A DNA stretch of 64,000 nt, from positions 256,001-320,000 of the forward strand of contig CAXXMV010000006.1 of the NCBI GenBank assembly GCA_963662285.2, written 5' to 3'. Origin of the DNA: a bacterium. GTDB taxonomy: Bacteria; Hinthialibacterota; Hinthialibacteria; Hinthialibacterales; Hinthialibacteraceae. Shown here in pieces: positions 19,975 to 29,386 of the stretch. The translations under genes and the position numbers were made by a program. The notes below the pieces were generated by a model. The model did not search any database. It saw only the letters and a program-made list of their open reading frames with translations, and was not told the origin of the DNA. The number at the start of each line of letters is the position of its first letter. Position 1 is the stretch's first letter.

Positions 19975-20679
19975 TTATTTCTTCTCTCCCCAAACTTTGA
20001 AAGTCTTAATGTTTCCGATGTCGTCGAATGAACCAACGCCGACCTGTCCTGAGGTGAAGGTTTTATCCTGGGCGGTCAGGATCGGAGTTAGCAGGTTATC
20101 GAAGAAGACCTGGATTGATCCGGTTTCCACATCGCGGATCAGGCGTATTGTGTGGTAGGTTCCATCTTTCCATTGGGTGCCATTGTTGCGTTTGTCAGCG
20201 ATGGAGACGCGCGGCGCCCCGTTGACGATAAAGATCGAGTTGGCGTGGGGATCGTTATTCTTGGCGGGAGCGATATGGGCGTAATAGAAATGCGAGGCAT
20301 CCTGATAACCGAAGAATAAGCACATATCCCGATGGGGGTATTGATCTTTGGTCGAGCGGATCACTGATTCAATCACGAAACTTTTGACTGATAGTTTTTT
20401 GACTACTGACCGGTTAATCGGCGAACGTACGGGCGCTTTATATTCGCTCTGCTTGAATAATGAATAGACCGGGACTCCTGCGTCTTCAATGACTTTCCAG
20501 GCATTGGCGTCGGTCGGCTGCCAATCATCAGAACCTTTTGAGAAATCGGCGTTATAGATCAGAGGCAGGCCATTCATTAACTGGGGCGTCTCTATATCTG
20601 AGGCTGAGGTCAAACCAACTGTCAGGAATATCGCGGCCAATCCTATAACTATAGATAATGCTAATTTTGTTTGTTTCAT
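19975..20679 (-). CDS. Secreted beta-sandwich (lectin/DUF1080-like) protein
   Basis: Signal peptide, beta-rich sequence, C-terminal GQVGVGSFDD. Confidence 0.65.
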   Translation of the reverse strand: MKQTKLALSIVIGLAAIFLTVGLTSASDIETPQLMNGLPLIYNADFSKGSDDWQPTDANAWKVIEDAGVPVYSLFKQSEYKAPVRSPINRSVVKKLSVKSFVIESVIRSTKDQYPHRDMCLFFGYQDASHFYYAHIAPAKNNDPHANSIFIVNGAPRVSIADKRNNGTQWKDGTYHTIRLIRDVETGSIQVFFDNLLTPILTAQDKTFTSGQVGVGSFDDIGNIKTFKVWGEKK

Positions 20680-20861
20680 TATTGCATTCCTCCTTGGATT
20701 ATTTATTCAACTACAGATTACCACTAACCGAAAACTTAATGTAAGAGATGCGAATGGTTGAGTTGAGGAATTGATGAAATTAAGTTAGATTGATATCACG
20801 CATAATAAGGCTAATATGCGTGATATCATAAATCTTATAAATATCAAAGAGAGGGAGAATA

Positions 20862-22022
20862 ATGTTTAAAACAGCCATTAGATTTTTCTGTGCGGCGGCG
20901 TTGATCTGTCTGGCCGTTGGTAATGTATTCGCTGAAGAGGAACATGGTTTTAACGGCCTTAATATGAGCATGGGTAATTTGTATAAATTATCCGATGCCG
21001 AAACCCGCTCTATCTGTCCTGAAAATTTCACCGGTGAAAAGGGTAAAGGCGGCATGGCGACCGATGGAACGGGCGCCAAGGCATCGCGCGATTTGGGGCA
21101 GGGGTGGAAGGTTTCTCCTTCGGTGGACGTCAAAGCCGAATCAACCTTGAAACTGGCGGAGATCGAAGGCCCCGGCGCTATCCAGCATATCTGGCTGACC
21201 CCGACCGGAACCTGGCGTTATTCTATTTTGCGCATTTATTGGGATGGCGAAGAAACCCCGTCGGTCGAATGCCCGCTGGGCGACTTCTTCGCCTGCGGCT
21301 GGGGAGAGTACGCCCAGATTAATTCGTTGGCCGTCTGCGTCAATCCGGGCAGCGCCTTCAACTGTTATTGGACTATGCCTTTCAGAAAGAAATGCAAAAT
21401 TACGCTGGAAAACATTAATGACAGCGATATGCGGGTTTACTACCAGATCGATTACACCCTGACTGACGTTCCTAAGGACGCTGGTTATTTCCATGCCCAG
21501 TTCCGCCGCGTCAACCCGGTTCCCTACAAAGACGTCTATACCATCCTGGATGGCGTAGAAGGCCAGGGGCATTATGTCGGAACATACATGTGCTGGGGCG
21601 TCAACAACAACGGTTGGTGGGGCGAAGGCGAAATCAAGTTCTTTATGGATGGCGACAAGGAATTTCCCACTATTTGCGGAACCGGCGCCGAAGATTATTT
21701 CTGCGGCTCTTATAATTTCGAGAATAAAGCCGAAGGACGCTATCAGGAATTTTCAACGCCTTATTCCGGTCTGCCGCAGGTTATCAAACCCGATGGACGT
21801 TACAAATCACAGCAACGTTTCGGTTTGTACCGCTGGCATATCGTTGATCCCATCCGCTTTAAGGAAGACCTGAAAGTTACTATTCAAGCCCTGGGGTGGC
21901 GTTCGGGCGGACGATACTTACCATTGCAGGATGATATATCATCGGTGGCTTATTGGTATCAGAAAGAACCGCATGGTGAATTCCCCCAATTGCCGGATAA
22001 GGATTATCTGGAGATTCAGTAA
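20862..22022 (+). CDS. DUF2961 / glycoside hydrolase family 172 protein
   Basis: ENFTGEKGKGG, GPGAIQHIW, PLGDFF, WWGEGEIKF, GTGAEDYF, SSVAYWYQ. Confidence 0.9.
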   Translation: MFKTAIRFFCAAALICLAVGNVFAEEEHGFNGLNMSMGNLYKLSDAETRSICPENFTGEKGKGGMATDGTGAKASRDLGQGWKVSPSVDVKAESTLKLAEIEGPGAIQHIWLTPTGTWRYSILRIYWDGEETPSVECPLGDFFACGWGEYAQINSLAVCVNPGSAFNCYWTMPFRKKCKITLENINDSDMRVYYQIDYTLTDVPKDAGYFHAQFRRVNPVPYKDVYTILDGVEGQGHYVGTYMCWGVNNNGWWGEGEIKFFMDGDKEFPTICGTGAEDYFCGSYNFENKAEGRYQEFSTPYSGLPQVIKPDGRYKSQQRFGLYRWHIVDPIRFKEDLKVTIQALGWRSGGRYLPLQDDISSVAYWYQKEPHGEFPQLPDKDYLEIQ

Positions 22023-22055
22023 TAGCGCAATATGATAAATTGAGAATGTAATTCC

Positions 22056-22179
22056 GTAGGGTGGGTCGCGTTTTATGACCCACCGAATCAATAAACTAAT
22101 TATTATCGGTGGGTCGGAAAAGCGCGACCCACCCTACTTTGATTTCGATGGGACACGCTGGCGCTTGGTCACATCCTAC
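22056..22179. repeat. Cluster of three GTAG-type REPs (an inverted pair plus one)
   Basis: GTAGGGTGGGTCGCG..GACCCACC (22056-22084), GGTGGGTC..GACCCACCCTAC (22108-22137), GATGGGACACGC..CATCCTAC (22147-22179). Confidence 0.85.
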
Positions 22180-22181
22180 TT

Positions 22182-23450
22182 TTATTTTTCAATCAAGGCC
22201 TGATAAACCAGGTTCTTTAGTTTTAACTGTATACCGTCATCGCATGGCATACGGTGGGTCATCAGCAGAATGGCGATCCCTGTTTGGGGATCAACCCGCA
22301 TGTAGGTTGACGCCGCGCCATCCCATCCGAAATCTCCTACTGAACCCATGCATTGGCTCTTGGATAAATCGGTTAAAACCGACACACTCAGGCCATAGCC
22401 ATGTCCTTGCAGTTTACCCCACGGCAATGATATTCCATCTTCTAAATGATTGCGCCCCATCATTTGGATGGTTTGGGGAGAAAGCAGCCTTACGCCGTTA
22501 TACTCTCCGCCATTAGAAAGCATCAACAGGAATTTTAAGTAATCCGATGTGGTTGAAAGCAATCCGCCGCCGCCCGATAACATACGGTTTTCGCCTTTTG
22601 TATAACGTGTAATAGAATGGTCTGGAACTAGTTCTTTTGATTGGTTATATCTATAAAGGGTGGTGATTCTGTCCCGGTTTTCTTTGGAGAGAAAAAAACC
22701 GCTGTCTTTCATTCCCAATGGTTTGAATATGCGTTGCTGGAAAAATTCATCCAGCGTCATGCCCGAAACCACCTCTATCAAGCGGCCGATAACATCTATG
22801 GAAAGGCTGTATTGCCAGTCAGCGCCTGGTTGGAAATATAATGGAAGAGTCGCTAGTCCATCGACCATCTCTTCAAGCGTGGGTGATTGATTAGGATTAG
22901 ACTTTTGGGCTTCCTGGTATATCTTGCTAACCGGATCGTTTCCCCAGCCGTAACCCAGGCCGGATGAGTGAGTCAGCAGATGGCGGATGGTAATCTCTTT
23001 TTTGCAGTCTTCCAGTTCAGGCCCATTGTCGGTTTCTTTGACGAATACTTTGGCGTCCTTAAATGCGGGGATGTATTTTGAGATCGGGTCATCCAACAGG
23101 AACTTGCCCTCTTCAAAAAGCATCATGGCCGCCGCTCCGGTGATTGGTTTGGTCATCGAGTAAGCCCGGTAGATGGCGTCATCAGACAGTTTCTTCTTGC
23201 TTTCTATATCCATATAGCCGTATCGTTCAGAAAAGATTACTTTGCCATGACGGGCTACAGTAACGCACATGCCGGGGAATTCCCCGCAGTCAACATAATC
23301 CTGCATAACCGTGGAAATGCGTTGCAGTCTCTCACTAGAGAATCCCTGACCTTCGGGATTAACGGTCGCTGGTTCGCTCGATGCCATAAAAGATGCTGAT
23401 AGCAATAATACGAGAGTGACAATGGTGATGCGCTGGATCATGGTTTTCAA
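22182..23450 (-). CDS. Serine hydrolase, beta-lactamase (class C-like) family
   Basis: SxxK (SMTK), LLTHSSGL, WQYS, GGGGLLST, FGWDGAA; signal peptide. Confidence 0.92.
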   Translation of the reverse strand: MKTMIQRITIVTLVLLLSASFMASSEPATVNPEGQGFSSERLQRISTVMQDYVDCGEFPGMCVTVARHGKVIFSERYGYMDIESKKKLSDDAIYRAYSMTKPITGAAAMMLFEEGKFLLDDPISKYIPAFKDAKVFVKETDNGPELEDCKKEITIRHLLTHSSGLGYGWGNDPVSKIYQEAQKSNPNQSPTLEEMVDGLATLPLYFQPGADWQYSLSIDVIGRLIEVVSGMTLDEFFQQRIFKPLGMKDSGFFLSKENRDRITTLYRYNQSKELVPDHSITRYTKGENRMLSGGGGLLSTTSDYLKFLLMLSNGGEYNGVRLLSPQTIQMMGRNHLEDGISLPWGKLQGHGYGLSVSVLTDLSKSQCMGSVGDFGWDGAASTYMRVDPQTGIAILLMTHRMPCDDGIQLKLKNLVYQALIEK

Positions 23451-23553
23451 TTTTTTATGTCCTTTTCTTTTTTTTTTGAAAAAGAATTCACTGGGTAATG
23501 ATATACTATAATCGCATAAAATGACAAATACTATTTATTCAGGAGAGTAGATC

Positions 23554-24180
23554 ATGAAGATTCGTTATTTGCTGGTATCAACCTTTCTTTTAGTTTGCTT
23601 GAACGCTGTAGCGCTTTCACCCCCGCAGTATATATTGCATAACAAACTGGTAAATTCCATCGGCGCCAGCCCCTGCGTGAATGTGCAGGAAATACGAGAA
23701 GAAAACGGCGTCTGGCTGATCGACGTGGTGGGCTGTGATGAAGCGGTATGCGCTGGATTGGCTTATGTATTGATTCCTGAATACAATTACGGCGGCATCC
23801 AGGTTCAAGTGCGGGTATTGGATAAGAATGGCGCCCTGGTTGAAGCGCAGGAATCATTGGGTGAAGATCCGATGAGTGAAATAAAAAAAATATTTCAAGA
23901 CGCTTTAAAGGATAATCCCTATTTCTCTAGGGTTATTGATAGCGAACAGGGCTTTTTTATGCCAACCCTGTGGCTGGAATTCAAGGCGGAAGTGATTCAG
24001 TTTTTTGCTGATAATATCGGCGATTTTTATGGCAATGGAAATTACGTGGCGGCGGATGTCTTCAGCGAAATTATGATAAATTCTTTCGTGCAAGAAGAAG
24101 ATATGATGTATTCCATTTTTTATTCAACCAAACTCAAGCAGGCTGGTTCCAGCGTTCAATTATTCAAGTCGTTCCGCTGA
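23554..24180 (+). CDS. Secreted hypothetical protein
   Basis: AGGAG RBS, signal peptide, LSPP N-terminus, VIQFFADNIGDFYGN motif. Confidence 0.75.
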   Translation: MKIRYLLVSTFLLVCLNAVALSPPQYILHNKLVNSIGASPCVNVQEIREENGVWLIDVVGCDEAVCAGLAYVLIPEYNYGGIQVQVRVLDKNGALVEAQESLGEDPMSEIKKIFQDALKDNPYFSRVIDSEQGFFMPTLWLEFKAEVIQFFADNIGDFYGNGNYVAADVFSEIMINSFVQEEDMMYSIFYSTKLKQAGSSVQLFKSFR

Positions 24181-24216
24181 GTATGATTGACGTCCGGTTC
24201 AAAGAGATTTAATCCC

Positions 24217-24246
24217 ATAGCCCCGTGTGTTCAGCGCGGGGCTGTT
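24217..24246 (+). terminator. Probable terminator hairpin
   Basis: ATAGCCCCG...CGGGGCTGT stem just after the stop codon; weak U tract. Confidence 0.5.
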
Positions 24247-24373
24247 ATCAAAAATATTATCTGCAAAGAAATTGTCCAGAGCTTTTATGCTGAAGCAGTT
24301 TATCTGCTACTATATCATAAGCATCATTGCGTATTTATAGGATCGTTATTATTAATTGCAGAGTGAGGATGGT

Positions 24374-25522
24374 ATGGCGTCGAAGGTGGTTTTGTTATGT
24401 CGGGTGGATGGCAACTTCGGAGGAGTTGAACGCAATATCCTGACTTTGGCGCATGGTTTCGATCAAAGCCGGTATACTCCGGTTATTGTGGGCTTGGGTA
24501 AATCAGGCGAATTGCTTCGGCAGGGCAGGGCGGCGGGATTTGAGACGGAATTTATCTCCATGAAGAGCCGCTTGCAGATGGGGCGCGCAGCTGGTCAATT
24601 GGCTGAGATCGCCCGACAACGTAAGGCTGATTTGCTGCATACATTCGGCTTGCGATCCAATATGATAGCCGGTTGGATGCGCCGTTTTCATAATATTGCC
24701 TCAATCCCCTGGATGGTTCGTTTGCCCAATATCAATTCAACTGATTACCAGAATCCACTTAGATCATGGTTTTCGCATGGGCTGAACAATGCCTTGATCC
24801 GCAGAGCCGATGCATTGCAGGTCATATCGCCTCAACTTAAGGATTATATGCAATCATTAAAGAAATGCCCGGCTCATATTTTTACCATTTTTAATGGAGT
24901 TGATCCGGAACGCTTTGATCCAGCGTTGTTTGATCGCAGTGTCCGGGCCGACTATAAGTTAAAAGAGGAAACCATTCTATTAGGCAGCGTCGGGCGGCTC
25001 GATGCAATCAAAGGATATGATATCCTGATCAATGCTTTAGCCGATTTGAAGAGTGAATGTGGTTATATAGAATTGATGCTGGTGGGCGATGGTCCGCAGC
25101 GAACCGCATTGCAGCAATTGATTGATGATAAAAACCTGCAAGATAGAGTATGCATAACAGGATTCAAAGAAGATGTCCGTCCATATCTGGCGGCATTTGA
25201 TATATATGTCTGTTCTTCGTATTCCGAGGGCGTACCTATGGCAATGTTGGAAGCCATGTCGATGGCCCTGCCGGTTGTCAGCACCCGTGTGGGTGGTATT
25301 GAAAGCCTGATCGATGAAGGCGTAACCGGGGTGTTGATTCCAGCGGGAAACCTGGCGGCTTTGAGCGACGCTATAAAGAGTTTTATTTCTGACCGGGATA
25401 AAATGCAGGTTTTCGGCAAGAATGCAAGACAAAGCATCATCCAGAATTTTTCCACACAGAGAATGGTTGAGAGCGTTGAGCAGATGTATGATGAAATGAT
25501 CGGGAAGAAAAGTCATGAATAA
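24374..25522 (+). CDS. Glycosyltransferase family 4
   Basis: GGVE, VGRL...KG, VGDGP, SYSEGVPMAMLEAM...PVVSTRVGG. Confidence 0.93.
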   Translation: MASKVVLLCRVDGNFGGVERNILTLAHGFDQSRYTPVIVGLGKSGELLRQGRAAGFETEFISMKSRLQMGRAAGQLAEIARQRKADLLHTFGLRSNMIAGWMRRFHNIASIPWMVRLPNINSTDYQNPLRSWFSHGLNNALIRRADALQVISPQLKDYMQSLKKCPAHIFTIFNGVDPERFDPALFDRSVRADYKLKEETILLGSVGRLDAIKGYDILINALADLKSECGYIELMLVGDGPQRTALQQLIDDKNLQDRVCITGFKEDVRPYLAAFDIYVCSSYSEGVPMAMLEAMSMALPVVSTRVGGIESLIDEGVTGVLIPAGNLAALSDAIKSFISDRDKMQVFGKNARQSIIQNFSTQRMVESVEQMYDEMIGKKSHE

Positions 25523-26573
25523 TCACAATAATCAGGAAAACAACCAGGATGGTTTTTCCATCATTATCCCGGTCTACAACGGTGAGGAGACGTTGCCCGA
25601 TACGCTGCGCAGCGTAAGCGGTCTGGATTATGAGCGCTATGAACTGATTGTGGTTGATGATGGTTCTACCGATGACAGCGCCGCTATCGCCCGTTCTCAC
25701 GGCGCCAAGGTGGTTTGCCTGGGCGACAACGCCGGACCGGCCAATGCGCGTAATCAGGGCGCCAAGCACGCAGTTTATGATAAACTGCTTTTTACCGATA
25801 GCGATGTCCTGGTTCCCAAGATGTTATTGCAGCAATTGGATGAACAGTTCCGCTTGAGTAAAGCGGATGCGGTTCAGGGAACTTTTTCGGAGGTTTGCCC
25901 CTTCGCCAACTATTTCTCGCAATACAAAAATCTCTATAACCGTTTCGTACTCAATCAATTGCCCGATTGGATCGATACAACTTTTACTTCGATTACCGCC
26001 GTGCGCTGCGAGGCTTTTATGGAATGCGGTGGTTTTGACGCCAATATCCGCACCGCATCGGTGGAAGACCGCACCTTGGGGCGGAATCTAGTGCAGAGTA
26101 ACTACCGCATTCGTCTGGATCGATCATTACAAGTTATCCATAACAAAAAACTGACGTGCCGGGGTTTTATCCGTAATCAGTTCCGACGTTCACGCGATCT
26201 GGCTAAATTATTACTTCGCAGCCGATCTGAAGCTGAAACCGAACTGACTGAAACGATTGACTTATCTACGGTTGATGAATCAGGCCGTTTCGGCACAAAT
26301 TCACTGTCGACTATGGTTCGCATACCTTTTGCTTACTCAATACTGGGATTGCTGGTTTTGGCGCCATTCGCTTCCGTCTTCGGGATTATGGCTGCCATAT
26401 TCTTTTTAGCTTTTATGGCCTTGATCTGGCGCTTTGAAAAAGAACTATTATTGCGCCGGGGAGTTAAATTTGCGTTGTCGGGCATTATGGTTAATTTCAT
26501 GGATGCATTAGTAAGTGGAGTGGGCGTAGGGCTTGGAATGGTTGAATTTATCTGTTTTCGGCGTAAATATTGA
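25515..26573 (+). CDS. Glycosyltransferase family 2
   Basis: SIIIPVYN, VVDDGSTD, GPANARNQG, FTDSD (DxD), GGFD, ED; C-terminal TM helices. Confidence 0.93.
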   Translation: MNNHNNQENNQDGFSIIIPVYNGEETLPDTLRSVSGLDYERYELIVVDDGSTDDSAAIARSHGAKVVCLGDNAGPANARNQGAKHAVYDKLLFTDSDVLVPKMLLQQLDEQFRLSKADAVQGTFSEVCPFANYFSQYKNLYNRFVLNQLPDWIDTTFTSITAVRCEAFMECGGFDANIRTASVEDRTLGRNLVQSNYRIRLDRSLQVIHNKKLTCRGFIRNQFRRSRDLAKLLLRSRSEAETELTETIDLSTVDESGRFGTNSLSTMVRIPFAYSILGLLVLAPFASVFGIMAAIFFLAFMALIWRFEKELLLRRGVKFALSGIMVNFMDALVSGVGVGLGMVEFICFRRKY

Positions 26574-26767
26574 AACAATAATTAATTTCAGTCGTAATAT
26601 ATAAGTAAATAAATAAAATCATGGGATTTATCGTCTATCAATGATGTAATGCTTGATTTAAAGATATCCGGCTTGTTTTTTATTGGTGGATCGACCAAAA
26701 TTAATAGTCAAAATATATGATAAATAATAAAAGATTAAGATAAAAATGATAAAAGTGAGGGAAATTC

Positions 26768-27727
26768 ATGGAAAACGTTAACGAATCACAAGCCAATAAT
26801 GAGCCGACCAATGGCGCTGCTCAAGAAGCGCCGAAGGATGTTAAACCCAAAGGACCGCCCAAGCCTGAGGTGATAATTATACGCATGTGGCCCAAGACGC
26901 CAACCTTGTATCCCATGGCTATTTTGGCGCTGATATGCGCACTGGTGGGAGTCTTCGTCGGCAGCGCACCGCATGTGAATGCGCTGCACAAAATTTATCA
27001 ACCTGCTGATCAGGCAGTGCAAGCCGATGTCAGCGGTGATCCAGTAGCAGCTATCGATAAGGTTGAAGCAGGCGTTGATGCCGCAATCAAGACGGTTAAT
27101 GAATTGGCGTCAGGCGTAGTCGATCAAGCTGTAGTATTGGAACAATCAGAAAAACTAGTAGATGGATTGTTTTGGGATCGCTTGTTAGGGGCCTTATTCT
27201 TGCTGGTTTTTGCTTTCTCTTTGTTTACTTTGAGCGTCGATCTGGAAGTTCGTTGGGCGCTAGTTAGTTTTGCTTCGCTGCTGATCGTATGCTTATTGTT
27301 GATACTGATTAATCAGCGCTATGAGTTTATGCCGGGAGTTTTTTCCAGCATCGCCTCGTTATCTCCCATGGCCAACCCCCAGTTTTATATGCTGATTTGC
27401 CTGATCTGGATAATATTAATGGTAATCAGCCTGTTTGTCGTACGTTTTCATTACGTGCGGGTTGAATCAAATGAGATATTGGTAGTGGGCGGATTGCTGG
27501 AGCGTCAGCAGCGCTTTCCAACCATGCGGATGCGGTATACCCGTGATATCCAGGATGTTTTTGAGTATTACTTACCTTTTGTACGTTCCGGACGCCTAAT
27601 CCTTTCCTTCGCAGAACAGAATGAATCAATCGTGATCGACAATGTTCTTAATATCGATAAGGTGACCAAACAACTGGATCAAATTAGCGGAGTAATGAAA
27701 GTAAAAGAGCAAAGTCAAGATAATTAA
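26768..27727 (+). CDS. Hypothetical integral membrane protein
   Basis: About 4 TM helices and a C-terminal soluble domain. Confidence 0.75.
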   Translation: MENVNESQANNEPTNGAAQEAPKDVKPKGPPKPEVIIIRMWPKTPTLYPMAILALICALVGVFVGSAPHVNALHKIYQPADQAVQADVSGDPVAAIDKVEAGVDAAIKTVNELASGVVDQAVVLEQSEKLVDGLFWDRLLGALFLLVFAFSLFTLSVDLEVRWALVSFASLLIVCLLLILINQRYEFMPGVFSSIASLSPMANPQFYMLICLIWIILMVISLFVVRFHYVRVESNEILVVGGLLERQQRFPTMRMRYTRDIQDVFEYYLPFVRSGRLILSFAEQNESIVIDNVLNIDKVTKQLDQISGVMKVKEQSQDN

Positions 27728-27826
27728 GAAAAAACATCGTTGTCTGCATCCATCAGGTTTCACAGGCGTCGATGTGGAGATATAATCTCACTCATTGTTT
27801 TGTTAGTTAAATATGAAATTAAAAAT

Positions 27827-27900
27827 GCGCTCATAGCTCAATTGGATAGAGCATCTGCCTTCTAAGCAGAGGGTTGCAGGTTCAAGTCCTGCTGGGCGTA
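27827..27900 (+). tRNA. trnR: tRNA-Arg (anticodon TCT), CCA not encoded; probable integration site
   Basis: Acceptor GCGCTCA/TGGGCGT, D-arm GCTC..GAGC, anticodon arm TCTGC-CTTCTAA-GCAGA, T-arm GCAGG-TTCAAGT-CCTGC. Confidence 0.96.
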
Positions 27901-27972
27901 CTTTGATTTTACTTGAGTTACGATATACTCCTCAACTGTATTTTTTCCTAATCGTGCAATGATCGTGCAATC

Positions 27973-29148
27973 TTACTGGTTCACTACCAATCTTGGACCC
28001 GGTAAAATGGTCGTATCCGTAGGGGCTTTCCAAGATGATATCTCTTTCTCAATGTACTTGATTACATTGTCCCTAAGCAACGGAATCAAACGCTCTTCAT
28101 TATCGCAGAAATAGTGTTTTCTGCGTACCGTGTTTGGAGCGTGTCCAACATAACGGTCAAGAAAGTATGAATCCCATCCTCCATCAATAGCAGATGTCTG
28201 AATCGTATTGCGAAAATCTTTGGGTTTTATTTCTGATTTTGGGTTCCATTCATCCAACACTCTTCTAAGCGCTTTTCCATATTGCTCGTTGTCCGAATAC
28301 ATGGACACTACCCCGTTTTTCCGAATAAGCCATGAAACCACTTTAGGAATGGGGATCTTTCGAATTCGATAATCATTCTTTACAACACCATCAATGATAA
28401 TCGTTCCTTCCTCTCCATTGAATTTATCTATTGTCAATCGTATTGCCTCGAGCATCTGAAGCCCTGCCAAACCTTGAAGAGCGACACCGATGATAAGACT
28501 GACAGGTTTATTGTTACGATCCATCCAGTCCATAAAATCAAGGATTTCATGAATAGGCATGTAAGGATTCCTGTTGCTCTTGTAGGTTTTCTTACTGACA
28601 TCTTTTTGAGATATTCTCAATGCTTGGCAGATATTTATGTAACGATTCGGCCAATTTGCTGCCATCCAAACAGATGTTCGTCGGATTGGTTGAAAATATA
28701 GCCTCACAGTATCATACGCGTATCCTTTATCGATAAGGTATTTTTTGTACTCAAGCATTTGCTCATACCGCAGTTCATGCCAGTAAGTTAACCCTTTATG
28801 ATCAACCCAATTGAGAAAATAACCACAATTAAATTCATCTTTCTTTCGGTTTTTATCCGTCCAAGTACGATCTTTCGCTGCTCGCAGCAAAGCATCGCTG
28901 ATTTGTATATGCTCGACAGTCTCGGATTGCCATGGGATATTAGCCGGTGTGGCTTGTTCCTCCAAGACATCGTTCGCGAGAGTCATGGCCTCATTCAAGT
29001 CTTTGGCATCAAACCGAATCCGGCGATACTTGCCGTTGGAATCTCTGCCGCTGACTTTCCACCGCCCCGGCTTTTCTTGATGGAGTGTGAACTTGTCTGT
29101 TTTGTATTTGTTTGCTTCGTTTTTCAAAGAACTCGGGTTCTTTATCAA
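27973..29148 (-). CDS. Tyrosine recombinase / integrase (atypical catalytic residues)
   Basis: GLQMLEA..L (box I), VKN, KDFR (box II), VGH, KHY; next to the tRNA; AAAGGAG RBS before TTG at 29148 (track gives 29196). Confidence 0.85.
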   Translation of the reverse strand: MIKNPSSLKNEANKYKTDKFTLHQEKPGRWKVSGRDSNGKYRRIRFDAKDLNEAMTLANDVLEEQATPANIPWQSETVEHIQISDALLRAAKDRTWTDKNRKKDEFNCGYFLNWVDHKGLTYWHELRYEQMLEYKKYLIDKGYAYDTVRLYFQPIRRTSVWMAANWPNRYINICQALRISQKDVSKKTYKSNRNPYMPIHEILDFMDWMDRNNKPVSLIIGVALQGLAGLQMLEAIRLTIDKFNGEEGTIIIDGVVKNDYRIRKIPIPKVVSWLIRKNGVVSMYSDNEQYGKALRRVLDEWNPKSEIKPKDFRNTIQTSAIDGGWDSYFLDRYVGHAPNTVRRKHYFCDNEERLIPLLRDNVIKYIEKEISSWKAPTDTTILPGPRLVVNQ

Positions 29149-29365
29149 GGTGATTCTCCTTTCTGACCACCTTGCCCGTTCCACGTTGACGAGCAAGATG
29201 TTGACATAATATGGTTAAAGAGTCAATAACGTTCTGTCCCCAATACCCTTTTCCAGGCAGTCCAACCAATCCAAATTCCCGCAACGACTCCAACTTAACG
29301 AAACCGCGAAGGATTTCATTAAGTTCTTTGGAGTCGTATAGCGTATGAGGATCGATCTTTATCAT
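29009..29365 (-). CDS. Putative excisionase-like small DNA-binding protein
   Basis: IDPHTLYDSKEL.EIL...KLESLRE.GL....GYWG..VI resembles a winged-HTH Xis; lies upstream of and overlaps the integrase. Confidence 0.5.
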   Translation of the reverse strand: MIKIDPHTLYDSKELNEILRGFVKLESLREFGLVGLPGKGYWGQNVIDSLTILCQHLARQRGTGKVVRKENHLDKEPEFFEKRSKQIQNRQVHTPSRKAGAVESQRQRFQRQVSPDSV

Positions 29366-29386
29366 TATTGATTTCTTGAACCGTTG

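Noticed and set aside
13364-27900. argS and tRNA-Arg in the same window
   Set aside because: About 13 kb apart with unrelated genes between; no T-box or other link seen
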